This document shows, piece by piece, positions 20,179 to 30,305 of a stretch of DNA of 51,887 nucleotides. The stretch is taken from the NCBI GenBank assembly GCA_964634125.1, contig CAZWIP010000003.1, positions 1 to 51,887 on the forward strand. Reading direction: 5' to 3'. Source of the DNA: an uncultured Dehalococcoidia bacterium (GTDB taxonomy: Bacteria > Chloroflexota > Dehalococcoidia > SZUA-161 > SpSt-899). The stretch's first letter is position 1. The number at the start of each line of letters is the position of its first letter. Position numbers and translations under genes: made by a program. Below the pieces are notes generated by a model that did not search any database, had not been told where the DNA came from, and saw only the letters and a list, made by a program, of their open reading frames with translations.

Positions 20179-20763
20179 TTAATCGGCTGAAGCTATCTGA
20201 TCCTTCAACTGGGCCAGCGCATTGTCATAATCCGCATCAAGTTTCCCTGAAACCTGACGCCAGTTCTCTTGAAACTCAGGAGTTTGCTCCACATTGAGAT
20301 CCGCTGGTGCATTTCCTCCGGTTTGCTGCTGAATGGCCTGCCTCATCATCTGTTCAACCTGAGCTTTCAATTGCTCAAAATGCTGCTTCCTCGCTTGAAC
20401 GTAGTAGTCCGATAGATTCTGCAGCTGTTCCTTCGCTTGCTGTAAAGCATTCTTGTTTTTCTTGAGAGAGAAAAGACCTATAAGAGCCTTCTCAGTATTG
20501 GCCATATCGGAGTCTTTCTTGGGTAAAGTAATATTCTGCAGAAGGATCGATTCCAGCGCCTTTGCTATGTATTTTTTCGCTTCTTCATCGTATTGAGCTA
20601 GGGCACTCGCTACATCATATTCCGGGTCTTTTAGGAATGCAGATGCAAGTCGCTCTCCCTCCGAACGATGTTCCATTTCCTTTAGCTTTTCTTGCGGTAC
20701 TTCGATTCGATCGGCTCGTTCCATAGCTCGATCGAGAGCGCTTTTCATAAAATCATCACTCAT
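20179..20763 (-). CDS. Helical hypothetical protein (DUF6657-like)
   Basis: MKSALDRAMER N-terminus, LLQNITLP, PEFQENW; GGAGG SD. Confidence 0.7.
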   Translation of the reverse strand: MSDDFMKSALDRAMERADRIEVPQEKLKEMEHRSEGERLASAFLKDPEYDVASALAQYDEEAKKYIAKALESILLQNITLPKKDSDMANTEKALIGLFSLKKNKNALQQAKEQLQNLSDYYVQARKQHFEQLKAQVEQMMRQAIQQQTGGNAPADLNVEQTPEFQENWRQVSGKLDADYDNALAQLKDQIASAD

Positions 20764-20793
20764 GGTTTTGCCTCCATTGTGTGAATCGTTTCG

Positions 20794-21858
20794 TTATCGC
20801 CAGGTCCACCACTTATTCAACGCGAAGTTAAATGTCATTGCAACAGCTATTGCAATTAGTAACGCAAACATATCATAAAAGTCGAAGGCCCTCGTCAGCA
20901 GATACCACACCCCGAAGTTTATGGCAGCCCCTGCCCCACAAATTAAGTTGAATTTAACCGCTCGTATAGGCATTGATCCATCAGCCCTTCTATCTCTGAA
21001 CGTCCAAATATCATTTAAAACAAAATTCGTAAGAATTGATAACTCGATGCTAATCGGTTCTGCAATTACATCCCTAACCCCTACAGGACGAGTCATGATC
21101 CAGTATGTTCCTATGTTTACTAAAACACCACTCGCACCTACAAGGCAGAATTTCAATAATCGTCTAATCTCGTGCTCACTCCGTATAAGTCGATAGAGAT
21201 GCTTTAAATAGTTGACTTGCTCAGTGGCATTAAAGGTGCTTGTTCCTCTCTCTCTACCCTTAAAAACATAAGGGACTTCTGCTATCCCATTATGATTACC
21301 CTTTACTAATATCTCCAACAATATTTTGTATCCGACTGGATTTAACTCAATATCCTCAATCGCCTTTTTTCTGAAAAGGAAGAAGCCTGAAAGGGGGTCT
21401 TTTACAGTTCTGATCTTGGCAAACAGGAACTGAGGGGCAAACTTCGCCCCTCGCGAAATGAATTCCCTTGTTATGGTCCAACCCTCTACTCCACCACCAT
21501 CTACATACCTGCTTGCTATTACTATATCGGCACCATCTATCGCCCGGAACAGCTCAGGAATATGTTCCGGCGGATGCTGCAAGTCGGCATCTATTACGCC
21601 CAGCACATCTCCCGAAGCATGGTTAAAACCATCGATGACAGCTGAAGCCAATCCCAGTTTGCCCTCGCGATGAACCACCTTGATAGGCTTCTCCCGGGCT
21701 AGCTCTTCTGCCAGTGCTCCAGTCCCATCCGGGCTATTATCATCGACTACGATTAATTCGTAGTCGAATTCACACAAACAGGAATGGATTCTATCAGCAA
21801 GAAAGGGGAGGCTCTCTACCTCATTATAAGTGGGAACAATTATTGAGAGCTTTGCCAA
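20794..21858 (-). CDS. GT2 polyprenol-phosphate glycosyltransferase fused to a GtrA domain
   Basis: IIVPTYNE, VVDDNSPDGT, IDADLQHPPE, ASRY, DPLSGFF; C-terminal KFCLVGASG..NFVLNDIWTF. Confidence 0.93.
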   Translation of the reverse strand: MAKLSIIVPTYNEVESLPFLADRIHSCLCEFDYELIVVDDNSPDGTGALAEELAREKPIKVVHREGKLGLASAVIDGFNHASGDVLGVIDADLQHPPEHIPELFRAIDGADIVIASRYVDGGGVEGWTITREFISRGAKFAPQFLFAKIRTVKDPLSGFFLFRKKAIEDIELNPVGYKILLEILVKGNHNGIAEVPYVFKGRERGTSTFNATEQVNYLKHLYRLIRSEHEIRRLLKFCLVGASGVLVNIGTYWIMTRPVGVRDVIAEPISIELSILTNFVLNDIWTFRDRRADGSMPIRAVKFNLICGAGAAINFGVWYLLTRAFDFYDMFALLIAIAVAMTFNFALNKWWTWR

Positions 21859-22002
21859 TTTCGGACATCCTTTTTAAGGCGAATGATTTGGTAAATTAAT
21901 AGATAAACGAGTCTATTCAAACTCTACCCCAAAACATAGTAGATAGCAAGTATTATGCATCGTGTTTCACTCTCGCCCTTGGTCGCTTTTACACCAGAAA
22001 AC

Positions 22003-22032
22003 AAAAGAAGCGGGGCTCTAGGGCCCCGCTTC
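22003..22032 (-). terminator. Intrinsic terminator after the SDR gene
   Basis: GAAGCGGGGC-N6-GCCCCGCTTC followed by TTTTGTTTT on the minus strand. Confidence 0.85.
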
Positions 22033-22061
22033 AAGTTTCCAAGTCTGCTTCTCGATTGAAT

Positions 22062-22985
22062 CTAGAGTCCGTAGGTCACCAGTCGCGGTGCGGTCTTCTG
22101 GAGTTCCTCAACCGTCCAGCGGTCGCCTTTGCTGAAGATTGTTCTCTCCGGCATCATTTCGCCGTAAAGTCTGATCTCCCGGCCTAAGATGTGGAAGACG
22201 CAACCGTTGATCATTTTGGCTTCCTCTGAAGCCAAATAAGCCACTATCGGCGCGTTATCCTCCGGCATAAGTTCGCCGGCCTTCATCTTGTCCAGAACAA
22301 CTGTAGTTGCATCCACAATTCCCTGAGCGGCTCTGGCATCCCAGGCCTGCTCTAGTTGATCGCTCCAACCCATGCGGGTTTTGGCTGCCGGGAAAATAAC
22401 GTTGCAGGTGATATTCTTTCTCCCGCCTTCCATAGCAGTGGTTCGCGAAAGTGCAATGATTCCTGCTTTAGCTGCGGTGTAGTTAGCCTGGCCGGGATTA
22501 CCCAACGGTCCGCCACCGCCGCCGCCGATGGATGAGAAATTGATGATACGTCCAAATCCCTGTTCTCTCATGTAAGGCATGGCTGCTCGAATAGTGCCGA
22601 ACGTTCCATAGAGGTGAACCTTGACCACCGCATCGAAATCTTCCCATTCCATTTTGTGGATCATTTTGTCGCGCAGGATACCGGCGCAGTTGACCACGAT
22701 ATCAATTCTGCCGAAGCTGTCGACAGCGGTCTTGATCAGGTTTTCACTCCCCTCTTTGGTGGCGATATTATCAGTGTTGGCTACTGCCTCTCCACCTGCT
22801 TCCTTGATTTCGGCAACGGTCTGATCCGCAGGTCCGCCTTCCGTGCCTGTGCCGTCGAGGCTGGCTCCCATGTCGTTTACCACAACTTTGGCGCCTTCCG
22901 ATGCCAGTTGCTTAATGACAGCCTGCCCGATTCCCCTGCCGGAACCGGTGACTACAGCTACTTTGCCTTGTAATGAATCTCCCAT
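22062..22985 (-). CDS. SDR oxidoreductase (3-hydroxyacyl-CoA dehydrogenase/MFE-2-like)
   Basis: TGSGRGIG, VVVND, NCAGILRD, GQANYTAAK. Confidence 0.92.
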   Translation of the reverse strand: MGDSLQGKVAVVTGSGRGIGQAVIKQLASEGAKVVVNDMGASLDGTGTEGGPADQTVAEIKEAGGEAVANTDNIATKEGSENLIKTAVDSFGRIDIVVNCAGILRDKMIHKMEWEDFDAVVKVHLYGTFGTIRAAMPYMREQGFGRIINFSSIGGGGGGPLGNPGQANYTAAKAGIIALSRTTAMEGGRKNITCNVIFPAAKTRMGWSDQLEQAWDARAAQGIVDATTVVLDKMKAGELMPEDNAPIVAYLASEEAKMINGCVFHILGREIRLYGEMMPERTIFSKGDRWTVEELQKTAPRLVTYGL

Positions 22986-23026
22986 TAAAATCCTCCTAAA
23001 TTTAATAACCTTAATTGACCAGGTCC

Positions 23027-23452
23027 TTACCCTTTTGAGGGCAGAACAACAGTTGCTTTGTGGGGCGCATATACCGTGCCGTCCACTTCGGTCCAGATAT
23101 CAACCAGCACAGTGTTTTCGCCAAGTTTTTCAGCTATCTTTCCTTTGCAAAGAACTTCCTGCCCCGGAAAGTGGAACTGTTTCCATTTTACTTCCAGCTT
23201 TTTCACAAATCCGTCCTCGCCCATCCAGTCGGTGATCAACTGTGCCAGGAAGGATGAAGTGAGGTGCCCCTGCACGATTACGTCGGGCAGGCCACCTTTT
23301 TTGGCAGCGTCTTTATCGTAGTGAAGCTCGTTCCAGTCCTGAGATGCTCCGGCCCATTTGACCAGTTGCCGAGTGGTGGGCTTCTTGGTCATGGCAGGTA
23401 GTTCGGCTCCAACTTCTACATCTTCATAGTAAATCTGTGCCATTTCTTGCAT
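23027..23452 (-). CDS. MaoC-family dehydratase
   Basis: WAGASQDWNELHYD..GLPDVIVQG hydratase motif; start may be 23443. Confidence 0.9.
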   Translation of the reverse strand: MQEMAQIYYEDVEVGAELPAMTKKPTTRQLVKWAGASQDWNELHYDKDAAKKGGLPDVIVQGHLTSSFLAQLITDWMGEDGFVKKLEVKWKQFHFPGQEVLCKGKIAEKLGENTVLVDIWTEVDGTVYAPHKATVVLPSKG

Positions 23453-23464
23453 TTCCTCCTGTTC

Positions 23465-23929
23465 CTACCACCTGGCGGCTGCCATTGTTTCCCTGGCGAT
23501 GACTTCGCCGTTCTGGTTTTTGAATTCCCTTACAGTGGTGATATTGATCATGAACCCTATCTTGGCTTCTTTGCCGCTGATATCGGCTACTTTGCAAGTA
23601 ACGGTTATCTCATCGCCTGCTTTAAGGGGCTGGAAGAAATCAACATCGAAACCTTTTACGATTCCATTCTTTTTGGGACCTATCGGGATTTTGGTCATCA
23701 GCGCTGCCTGCAACTCCGGTGCTCCCAGTGTAGTCACCATCAGCAATGGAGCAATATTTGCGCCATATTTACTCTTTTTGGCATATTCAGCATCTGTATG
23801 AAGAGGATTAGGGTCATCGATTGCCTCGGCCAGCTTTCTGATGGCTCCCTTTTCCACTTCAAATGTGAGTGGTGGGACCAGGTCTTTGCCGACCATATCG
23901 AGTGCTTCTTGCGGGACGGTTTCACTCAT
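23465..23929 (-). CDS. MaoC dehydratase N-terminal (FAS1-like hotdog) partner subunit
   Basis: VEKGAIRKLAEAIDDPNPLH, IAP, PLKAGD. Confidence 0.88.
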   Translation of the reverse strand: MSETVPQEALDMVGKDLVPPLTFEVEKGAIRKLAEAIDDPNPLHTDAEYAKKSKYGANIAPLLMVTTLGAPELQAALMTKIPIGPKKNGIVKGFDVDFFQPLKAGDEITVTCKVADISGKEAKIGFMINITTVREFKNQNGEVIARETMAAARW

Positions 23930-24069
23930 CAACTGATCTCCTTCGGAATATATCCATGATTTTGGGGAGGATTTTTGCCCAGACTACCTGATTTTGCCTT
24001 TTTAGGGTGTGTCTTGTCAAGTGCTGTAGCTTTACATGCCCAGCATACAATCGAACTTTTTTACAAAGG

Positions 24070-24098
24070 TTGATTACCCCACTAAAACAGAGTAGAAT
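24070..24098 (+). promoter_or_regulatory. Putative promoter for the SDR at 24151
   Basis: TTGATT, 17 nt, TAGAAT. Confidence 0.5.
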
Positions 24099-24150
24099 AT
24101 GCCCCAAATAGTCCAAATTACATTTATAAACCAAAAAGGGGGTTATCGAT

Positions 24151-24909
24151 ATGGGGCTAGTTGAAGGAAAAGTCTCCCTGGTCACCGGGGCAGGTTCTGG
24201 AATTGGGAGGGCTGCGGCACTGGTATTTGCCAAAGAAGGTGCCAAAGTCATGGTAGCCGATATCATGGTTGAAAGTGGTGAAGAAACCGTTAAGATGATC
24301 AAAGAGGCTGGTGGTGAAGCCACTTTCGTTAAGGCTGACGTATCGCAAGAGTCAGAAGTCCAAATGATGGTTGCCAAGACGGTTGAGAGCTACGGCAGAA
24401 TTGATTGTGCGGTCAACAATGCAGGCATAGATGGAGATAGTGCAATAACAACTGAATGCACTAAAGAAAATTGGGATCGAGTTATTGGCATCAATCTCAC
24501 CGGTGTATTTCTGGGACTCAAGTATCAGATTCCGCAAATGCAAAAGCAGGGCGGGGGAGCTATTGTGAACATCGCTTCCACAATGGGTGTTGTGGCACAT
24601 CAAAACGTTCCTGCATATGTTGCCAGTAAACACGGAGTTGTGGGCTTGACCAAATCGACAGCACTGGGATACGTCACAGAGAATATCCGAGTCAATGCCG
24701 TATGCCCTGGAAATACGCGAACAGCCATACTTGACCATGTTATGAAGGAGATGCCAGAGATTTTCGAAACGCTGATGGCTGCAACTCCAATTGGGCGGCT
24801 GGCTGAACCCGAGGAAATAGCCAATGCCATTGTCTGGCTTTGTTCTGATGCGGCTTCCTACACCACTGGCCATGCGATGGTTGTGGATGGTTGCTATAGC
24901 ATTCAATAA
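24151..24909 (+). CDS. Classical SDR oxidoreductase
   Basis: TGAGSGIG, NNAG, YVASKHGVVGLTK, IRVNAVCPG. Confidence 0.93.
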   Translation: MGLVEGKVSLVTGAGSGIGRAAALVFAKEGAKVMVADIMVESGEETVKMIKEAGGEATFVKADVSQESEVQMMVAKTVESYGRIDCAVNNAGIDGDSAITTECTKENWDRVIGINLTGVFLGLKYQIPQMQKQGGGAIVNIASTMGVVAHQNVPAYVASKHGVVGLTKSTALGYVTENIRVNAVCPGNTRTAILDHVMKEMPEIFETLMAATPIGRLAEPEEIANAIVWLCSDAASYTTGHAMVVDGCYSIQ

Positions 24910-24914
24910 TCCAG

Positions 24915-25032
24915 AAATCACAAAATTCAAACATCAATTTCCAAATAAACCTTCATGACTGAATAACCAATGATCCAAACGGGTATTGGGGATTTCATTT
25001 GTTGGAACTTGAGATTTGACTATTGGAATTTC
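24915..25032. repeat. Gene-less inverted array of degenerate 7-nt repeats
   Basis: Left arm AAATCAC/AAAATTC/AAACATC/AATTTCC/AAAT...; right arm ...TTGGAAC/TTGAGAT/TTGACTA/TTGGAAT/TT. Confidence 0.7.
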
Positions 25033-25079
25033 CAAATCTTTTTTATCATGGTTTGCCAACGCAGGTATTTTAGCGTCCC

Positions 25080-25108
25080 TTGACAGTCAAAACCATGGTG
25101 CTTATGAT
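25080..25108 (+). promoter_or_regulatory. Putative promoter for rnc-ftsY
   Basis: TTGACA, 17 nt, TATGAT. Confidence 0.65.
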
Positions 25109-25142
25109 GATAATCGAATCAATGTCTATTTCGGATTGAACT

Positions 25143-25850
25143 TTGACTGAACCTGACTCCCTGCAAGAGATACTTGGTGTTTCGTTTAAAGACACGACCC
25201 TCCTTCAGCAAGCGCTCGTTCATCGATCCTATTTGAATGAAGCCCCCGAAGGCTTCTCTCTTGAATCAAATGAGCGGCTTGAGTTTTTGGGTGATGCCTT
25301 TCTGGGACTTGCTGTCGCCGATAAGCTCTACCGGGATTACCCCGATTTCCACGAAGGCAATCTGACGAAGCTTCGATCCGCACTGGTTCGAACAGACACA
25401 CTGGCTCGCGTTGCCCGTTCCCTGAATTTGGGTAAGTATCTCTACCTCGGGAAGGGGGAGGATGAGAGCGGGGGGCGCCTCAAGCGCAGGAACCTTGCCT
25501 GTGCTATGGAAGCTGTAATCGGTGCAGTCCTCATTGATCAAGGAACCGAGATAGCCAGGGGATTCGTGGTACAACTACTTAGCGACGAATTCGAACCCAC
25601 TGTCGAAGAGAAACTGAGAAAAGATCCGAAGTCAAAGTTACAGGAAATCATGCAATCACAGCGGCAGTCAACCCCGGTTTATCGCACAGTCGATTCAAGT
25701 GGTCCGGACCATGAAAGAGAATTTACAGTTGAAGTACTTGTTGATGATGCCCTTCTGGGCCGTGGCAAAGAAAAGAGTAAGCGCAGAGCTGAAAAAGAAG
25801 CGGCCAGGGATGCATTGCAGAAGTTAGAAGGAGAAGAGGGCCTTGTTTAA
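25143..25850 (+). CDS. rnc: Ribonuclease III
   Basis: SNERLEFLGDA signature, EAVIGA, C-terminal dsRBD (PKSKLQE, GPDH). Confidence 0.98.
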   Translation: MTEPDSLQEILGVSFKDTTLLQQALVHRSYLNEAPEGFSLESNERLEFLGDAFLGLAVADKLYRDYPDFHEGNLTKLRSALVRTDTLARVARSLNLGKYLYLGKGEDESGGRLKRRNLACAMEAVIGAVLIDQGTEIARGFVVQLLSDEFEPTVEEKLRKDPKSKLQEIMQSQRQSTPVYRTVDSSGPDHEREFTVEVLVDDALLGRGKEKSKRRAEKEAARDALQKLEGEEGLV

Positions 25851-26754
25851 CATATTTAAGAAAACCAAAGACAGCCTGGAACGTACACGCGAAACCTGGC
25901 TTGGAAAGATAAATAGCATATTCGATCGTCCGGAATTTGATGATAGTCTCTGGGACGACTTGGAAGAAGTTCTTATAGCTGCAGATGTGGGAGTCAGTGC
26001 TTCGTTAAAGATCGTCGAAGGAACAAAGGATCGGGTTAAAGCAGAGAACCTCAAAGAATCATCCGCAGTACAACAAGCGCTAGCTGACGAAATGGTTAAG
26101 ATACTTGAGTCTTCGTCAGAGAAATCCTTTGCTTTGTCAGCCGGAAATCCAGCGGTCATATTGGTTGTCGGGGTGAATGGTACTGGCAAGACTACGTCGA
26201 TTGCAAAACTGGCCCACAGTTTGAAAGAAGATGGTAAACATGTGATGATGGCGGCCGGTGATACATTTCGGGCAGCAGCTATAGATCAACTCAAGTACTG
26301 GGGCAAGCGTCTTGATGTCGAAGTAATCGCCAGCCAGCCAGGTGGTGACCCGGGAGCTATTGTATTTGATGCCCTGGAAGCAGCCAAGAAACGTAAGGCT
26401 GAGTTCCTCATCGTTGATACCGCAGGGCGAATCCAAACTAAATCCAACTTGATGGAAGAGCTTAAAAAAGTCAGACGAATTATTGAAAGATCCGAAATAA
26501 AACCTCAGGTACTCTTAGTTCTGGATGCCAATACTGGTCAGAACGGATTAAGCCAGGCAAAGTACTTCACCGAGGCAGTCGATGTAGATGCTGTCATTCT
26601 AGCCAAACTCGATAGCACATCCAAAGGAGGAGTTGTGCTGGGTATCGCAGATGAACTCAAGATACCTATTGTGTTTTTTGGTACAGGGCAAGAACCTGAA
26701 GACCTTTCTCCTTTTAACGCAGAGAATTTTGTTCAGGCGCTCCTCGAAAGATAA
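25843..26754 (+). CDS. ftsY: SRP receptor FtsY
   Basis: [30 protein letters not shown]. Confidence 0.98.
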   Translation: MFNIFKKTKDSLERTRETWLGKINSIFDRPEFDDSLWDDLEEVLIAADVGVSASLKIVEGTKDRVKAENLKESSAVQQALADEMVKILESSSEKSFALSAGNPAVILVVGVNGTGKTTSIAKLAHSLKEDGKHVMMAAGDTFRAAAIDQLKYWGKRLDVEVIASQPGGDPGAIVFDALEAAKKRKAEFLIVDTAGRIQTKSNLMEELKKVRRIIERSEIKPQVLLVLDANTGQNGLSQAKYFTEAVDVDAVILAKLDSTSKGGVVLGIADELKIPIVFFGTGQEPEDLSPFNAENFVQALLER

Positions 26755-26760
26755 TTTCAG

Positions 26761-26813
26761 CCACAGAGGGCACAGAGGTTTTTTGACATTTAGTATTTGA
26801 TATTTGGAATTTT
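26761..26813. repeat. 9-nt repeat pair plus 7-nt repeat half-array between ftsY and dnaE
   Basis: CACAGAG at 26762 and 26771; TTTGACA/TTTAGTA/TTTGATA/TTTGGAA/TTTT at 26782-26813. Confidence 0.7.
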
Positions 26814-26817
26814 ACTT

Positions 26818-29800
26818 ATGCCATTCACCCATCTTCACGTTCACACAGAATACAGCCTGTTAGACGGCATGTGTCGTATTCCTCGGCTTATTGAAAAAGC
26901 CAAGGAATTTGGTTTGGAAAGCCTGGCTATAACCGATCACGGCTCCGTCTATGGCATCATCCAGTTCTATCTCAAAGCCAATGAAGCTGGGATCAAACCA
27001 ATCCTCGGATGCGAGCTGTATGTAGCACCCAATGAACGAAGCTCACGCACACCAACAGAAAAGTCCGCATATCACCTTGTTGTCCTTGCCAAAAACGAAG
27101 TCGGTTATCATAACCTGCTCCAACTAAGCAGCAAGGGCTTCCTCGAAGGATTTTACTACAAACCCAGAGTGGATAAAGAATTGCTGGCCCAACATCATGA
27201 GGGACTAATCGCCCTTTCCGCCTGTCTTCAGGGAGAACCCGCAAGACTAATCCAAGATGGTCGCCTTCAGGATGCCGAAGAGGCAGCCAAATGGTATAAA
27301 GAAATCTTCGGCGATTACTATCTTGAAATTCAGAATCACGGTATCCCGGAACAGATTCAGGTCAACAAAGCGCTCGTTGCTATGAGCAAAAAGCTGGACA
27401 TACCGTTAGTGGCAACAAATGATACTCATTACGTCGAAAAAGAGGACGCTCCTATTCACGATATCCTGCTTTGCATTCAGACAAATAATACAGTTCATGA
27501 TGAAAAACGCATGAGAATGGCCGACGATTCCTTCTATCTCAGAAGTCCTCAAGAGATGGCAGAGTTGTTCGCTGAATGCCCCGAGGCCATTGAGAATACT
27601 GGCCGCATTGCTGATATGTGTGAACTGAACCTGGAGTTCGGGCGACTTCATCTCCCGGAAATCGAGATTCCTAAAGACAAAACACCCGATGAATACCTGA
27701 CCGATCTCTGCTGGAAAGGGCTGGCAGAGCGATGCCCTGATGCCTCTGAAGAAGCCAAAGAACGGCTAATATACGAACTCGATGTTATAAAGAAGACCGA
27801 ATTCGCAAACTATTTCCTTGTGTGCTGGGACATCGTTGATTTTGTCAGGAAGCAAAAAATCCTCTTTGGAGTCAGGGGAAGCGCTGCCGCCAGCCTGGTC
27901 CTGTATTGTCTTGGCATCACTGATATTGAACCACTGGGGCACAAGCTCGTTTTCGAACGCTTTCTCAACGTGGAACGCAAAGAGATGCCGGATATCGACT
28001 TCGATTTTCAGGACAATCGCCGTGACGAGGTAATCCAGTATGTATCTCGAAGGTATGGATCGGACCGCGTAGCTCAGATCATAACATTTGGAACACTTGG
28101 TGCCAAAGCAGCATTGCGAGACGTGGGACGGGCGTTGGGCATGCCATATGGACTTGTTGACTCGGTAGCTCGACTAATTCCACCGATTGGAAGCAACCTT
28201 CCAGATGCTATTAAAGAGGTTCCTGAACTCAACAACATGTATGGCGGTGATGGAGAAATCAAAAAACTCGTCGATACCGCAATTCGGCTGGAGGGAGTAG
28301 CGCGGCACGCATCAACCCATGCTGCCGGGGTCGTCATCTCCAGCGATCCTCTAATGGAAAACGTGGCGCTGCAGCGTCCTACTGGCAGCAATGAGAATGC
28401 TCTCCCCACAACCCAATTGCCGATGGAAGAAGTGGGAAAGATCGGTCTTCTTAAGGTGGATTTCCTGGGACTCGCTAATCTCACTATTCTGGGGAAAGCC
28501 AGGGAGATCATCGCTGAAACCACTGGAATTGAGATCGATCTCCAGCAAATCCCCCTCGATGATACCAAAACCTATGAACTCCTTTCCGCTGCAGAAACCG
28601 CCGGTGTGTTCCAGCTTGAAGGTGTCGGCATGCGGCGCTATATAAAGGAATTGAAACCCAACAACTTCAGTGACATCGCATCAATGGTGGCCCTCTATCG
28701 TCCCGGACCCAAGGATCATATTCCTACTTTCATCGGTTCCAAACACAAGAAGATACCGGTGGAGTTCCCTCATCCTGCCCTCGAAGAGATACTGGAAGAG
28801 ACATATGGTGTAATTGTCTATCAAGACCAGGTTCTTCAGATAGTCCGGACATTTGCCGGCTATACGTTGGGACAAGCGGATATCGTCCGCAAAGCCATGG
28901 GAAAGAAAAAAGCAGAGATCATGGAAAAGGAGCGAGAAGGCTTCATCGCCGGAGCAAAGAATAACGGCTTCTCCAACAAGATAGCCGAAGAGGTGTTTAG
29001 CTTGATCGAACCATTCGCGGGCTACGCCTTCAATAAAGCTCACGCCACCAGTTATGCGATGATCGCCTATCAAACCGCCTACCTCAAGGCCAACTATCCG
29101 GCGGAGTTTATGACCGCTCTTCTCATCACGAATATGGGAAATTCGGAAAAAGTCTCATCTGCCGTGGCTGAATGTCGCAGATTAGGAATACAAGTCCTTC
29201 CGCCCGATGTGAACAAAAGTAAGCAGTCCTTTATCATCGAAAAGGGCGAAGATGAATCACAGACCATTCGTTTTGGATTAGCCGCTATCAAGAACGTTGG
29301 AGAAGCTGCTATTGAATCGATCATTACCGCGCAAGAAAAGGACAGGGCATTCAAATCGATAGAAGATTTTTGCCGTCGGGCAGACCTTCGTGGCTTAAAT
29401 AAACGAGCTCTTGAATGTCTTATAAAAGTGGGAGCCTTGGACTCTCTCGGAGATCGTGGTGCATTTCTTGGAGGCATGGATCGCATTCTCAAACTATCCC
29501 AACAAGAACAGCAAATAAAAGAGAGCGGACAGGTTACTATGTTCGACCTGTGGGGAGAAAGCGCCACGGCACCATTGCCGGTTCTTGAGCTTGAAAACAT
29601 CGAAATACCTAATAGCGAAGCTTTGAACTGGGAGAAGGAACTACTCGGAGTTTACATTTCGGCACATCCGCTGGTATCAGCTACCAAGGAACTTGGCGAT
29701 AAAGTCACTGCTTTTTGCGGGCAAATAGATGAAGAAATGGCTGGACATGAGGTAACCATAGTTGGCATGGTTTCTTCTGCACGAAAAAGCACTACTCGCA

Positions 29801-30276
29801 ACGGTAAACCTTTCGTCGGCGCTGTTCTCGAAGATCTGGGGGGAGATATTGAAGTCACTGCATGGTCTGAGGTGTTCGAACGAACTGAAGAACTCTGGGA
29901 AGAGGGGAATACCCTTTTATTATGTGGAAAGGTCAACATGCGAGGTAATCGAGTGCAGCTTACATGTAAAGATGTTATCGCCTATGAGACCGGAGTGGAG
30001 ATTCCGTGGGCGCCGTCTGCACCGCCTGTGCCACGGACGCACTCACTCACTATTAGTATAGCCCAAACGAATGATGAAGATGCTGACGTATCTCGATTAC
30101 GGCAGGTTTTAAAGATCCTCGAGCAATTCCCTGGTCAAGACAACGTACAGCTTGCTATCATCAACGGAGTTGGGACTATCATGATGAATCTGCCAAGTCT
30201 ACGAACGAGCTACTGTCCAGACCTCCATCAGCAATTGGCTGAACTGGTTGGAGAAGAAGGGTTACTGGTAAGATAG
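26818..30276 (+). CDS. dnaE: DNA polymerase III subunit alpha
   Basis: FTHLHVHTEYSLLDG, RGSAA, MPDIDFDF, GYAFNKAHA, OB fold; start at MPFTHLH. Confidence 0.99.
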   Translation: MPFTHLHVHTEYSLLDGMCRIPRLIEKAKEFGLESLAITDHGSVYGIIQFYLKANEAGIKPILGCELYVAPNERSSRTPTEKSAYHLVVLAKNEVGYHNLLQLSSKGFLEGFYYKPRVDKELLAQHHEGLIALSACLQGEPARLIQDGRLQDAEEAAKWYKEIFGDYYLEIQNHGIPEQIQVNKALVAMSKKLDIPLVATNDTHYVEKEDAPIHDILLCIQTNNTVHDEKRMRMADDSFYLRSPQEMAELFAECPEAIENTGRIADMCELNLEFGRLHLPEIEIPKDKTPDEYLTDLCWKGLAERCPDASEEAKERLIYELDVIKKTEFANYFLVCWDIVDFVRKQKILFGVRGSAAASLVLYCLGITDIEPLGHKLVFERFLNVERKEMPDIDFDFQDNRRDEVIQYVSRRYGSDRVAQIITFGTLGAKAALRDVGRALGMPYGLVDSVARLIPPIGSNLPDAIKEVPELNNMYGGDGEIKKLVDTAIRLEGVARHASTHAAGVVISSDPLMENVALQRPTGSNENALPTTQLPMEEVGKIGLLKVDFLGLANLTILGKAREIIAETTGIEIDLQQIPLDDTKTYELLSAAETAGVFQLEGVGMRRYIKELKPNNFSDIASMVALYRPGPKDHIPTFIGSKHKKIPVEFPHPALEEILEETYGVIVYQDQVLQIVRTFAGYTLGQADIVRKAMGKKKAEIMEKEREGFIAGAKNNGFSNKIAEEVFSLIEPFAGYAFNKAHATSYAMIAYQTAYLKANYPAEFMTALLITNMGNSEKVSSAVAECRRLGIQVLPPDVNKSKQSFIIEKGEDESQTIRFGLAAIKNVGEAAIESIITAQEKDRAFKSIEDFCRRADLRGLNKRALECLIKVGALDSLGDRGAFLGGMDRILKLSQQEQQIKESGQVTMFDLWGESATAPLPVLELENIEIPNSEALNWEKELLGVYISAHPLVSATKELGDKVTAFCGQIDEEMAGHEVTIVGMVSSARKSTTRNGKPFVGAVLEDLGGDIEVTAWSEVFERTEELWEEGNTLLLCGKVNMRGNRVQLTCKDVIAYETGVEIPWAPSAPPVPRTHSLTISIAQTNDEDADVSRLRQVLKILEQFPGQDNVQLAIINGVGTIMMNLPSLRTSYCPDLHQQLAELVGEEGLLVR

Positions 30277-30305
30277 AACGTTGGGGAAACGGTAAGTAAG
30301 ATCGA

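Noticed and set aside
26797-26817. TTG start for dnaE
   Set aside because: Falls within the heptamer repeat; homology begins at MPFTHLH
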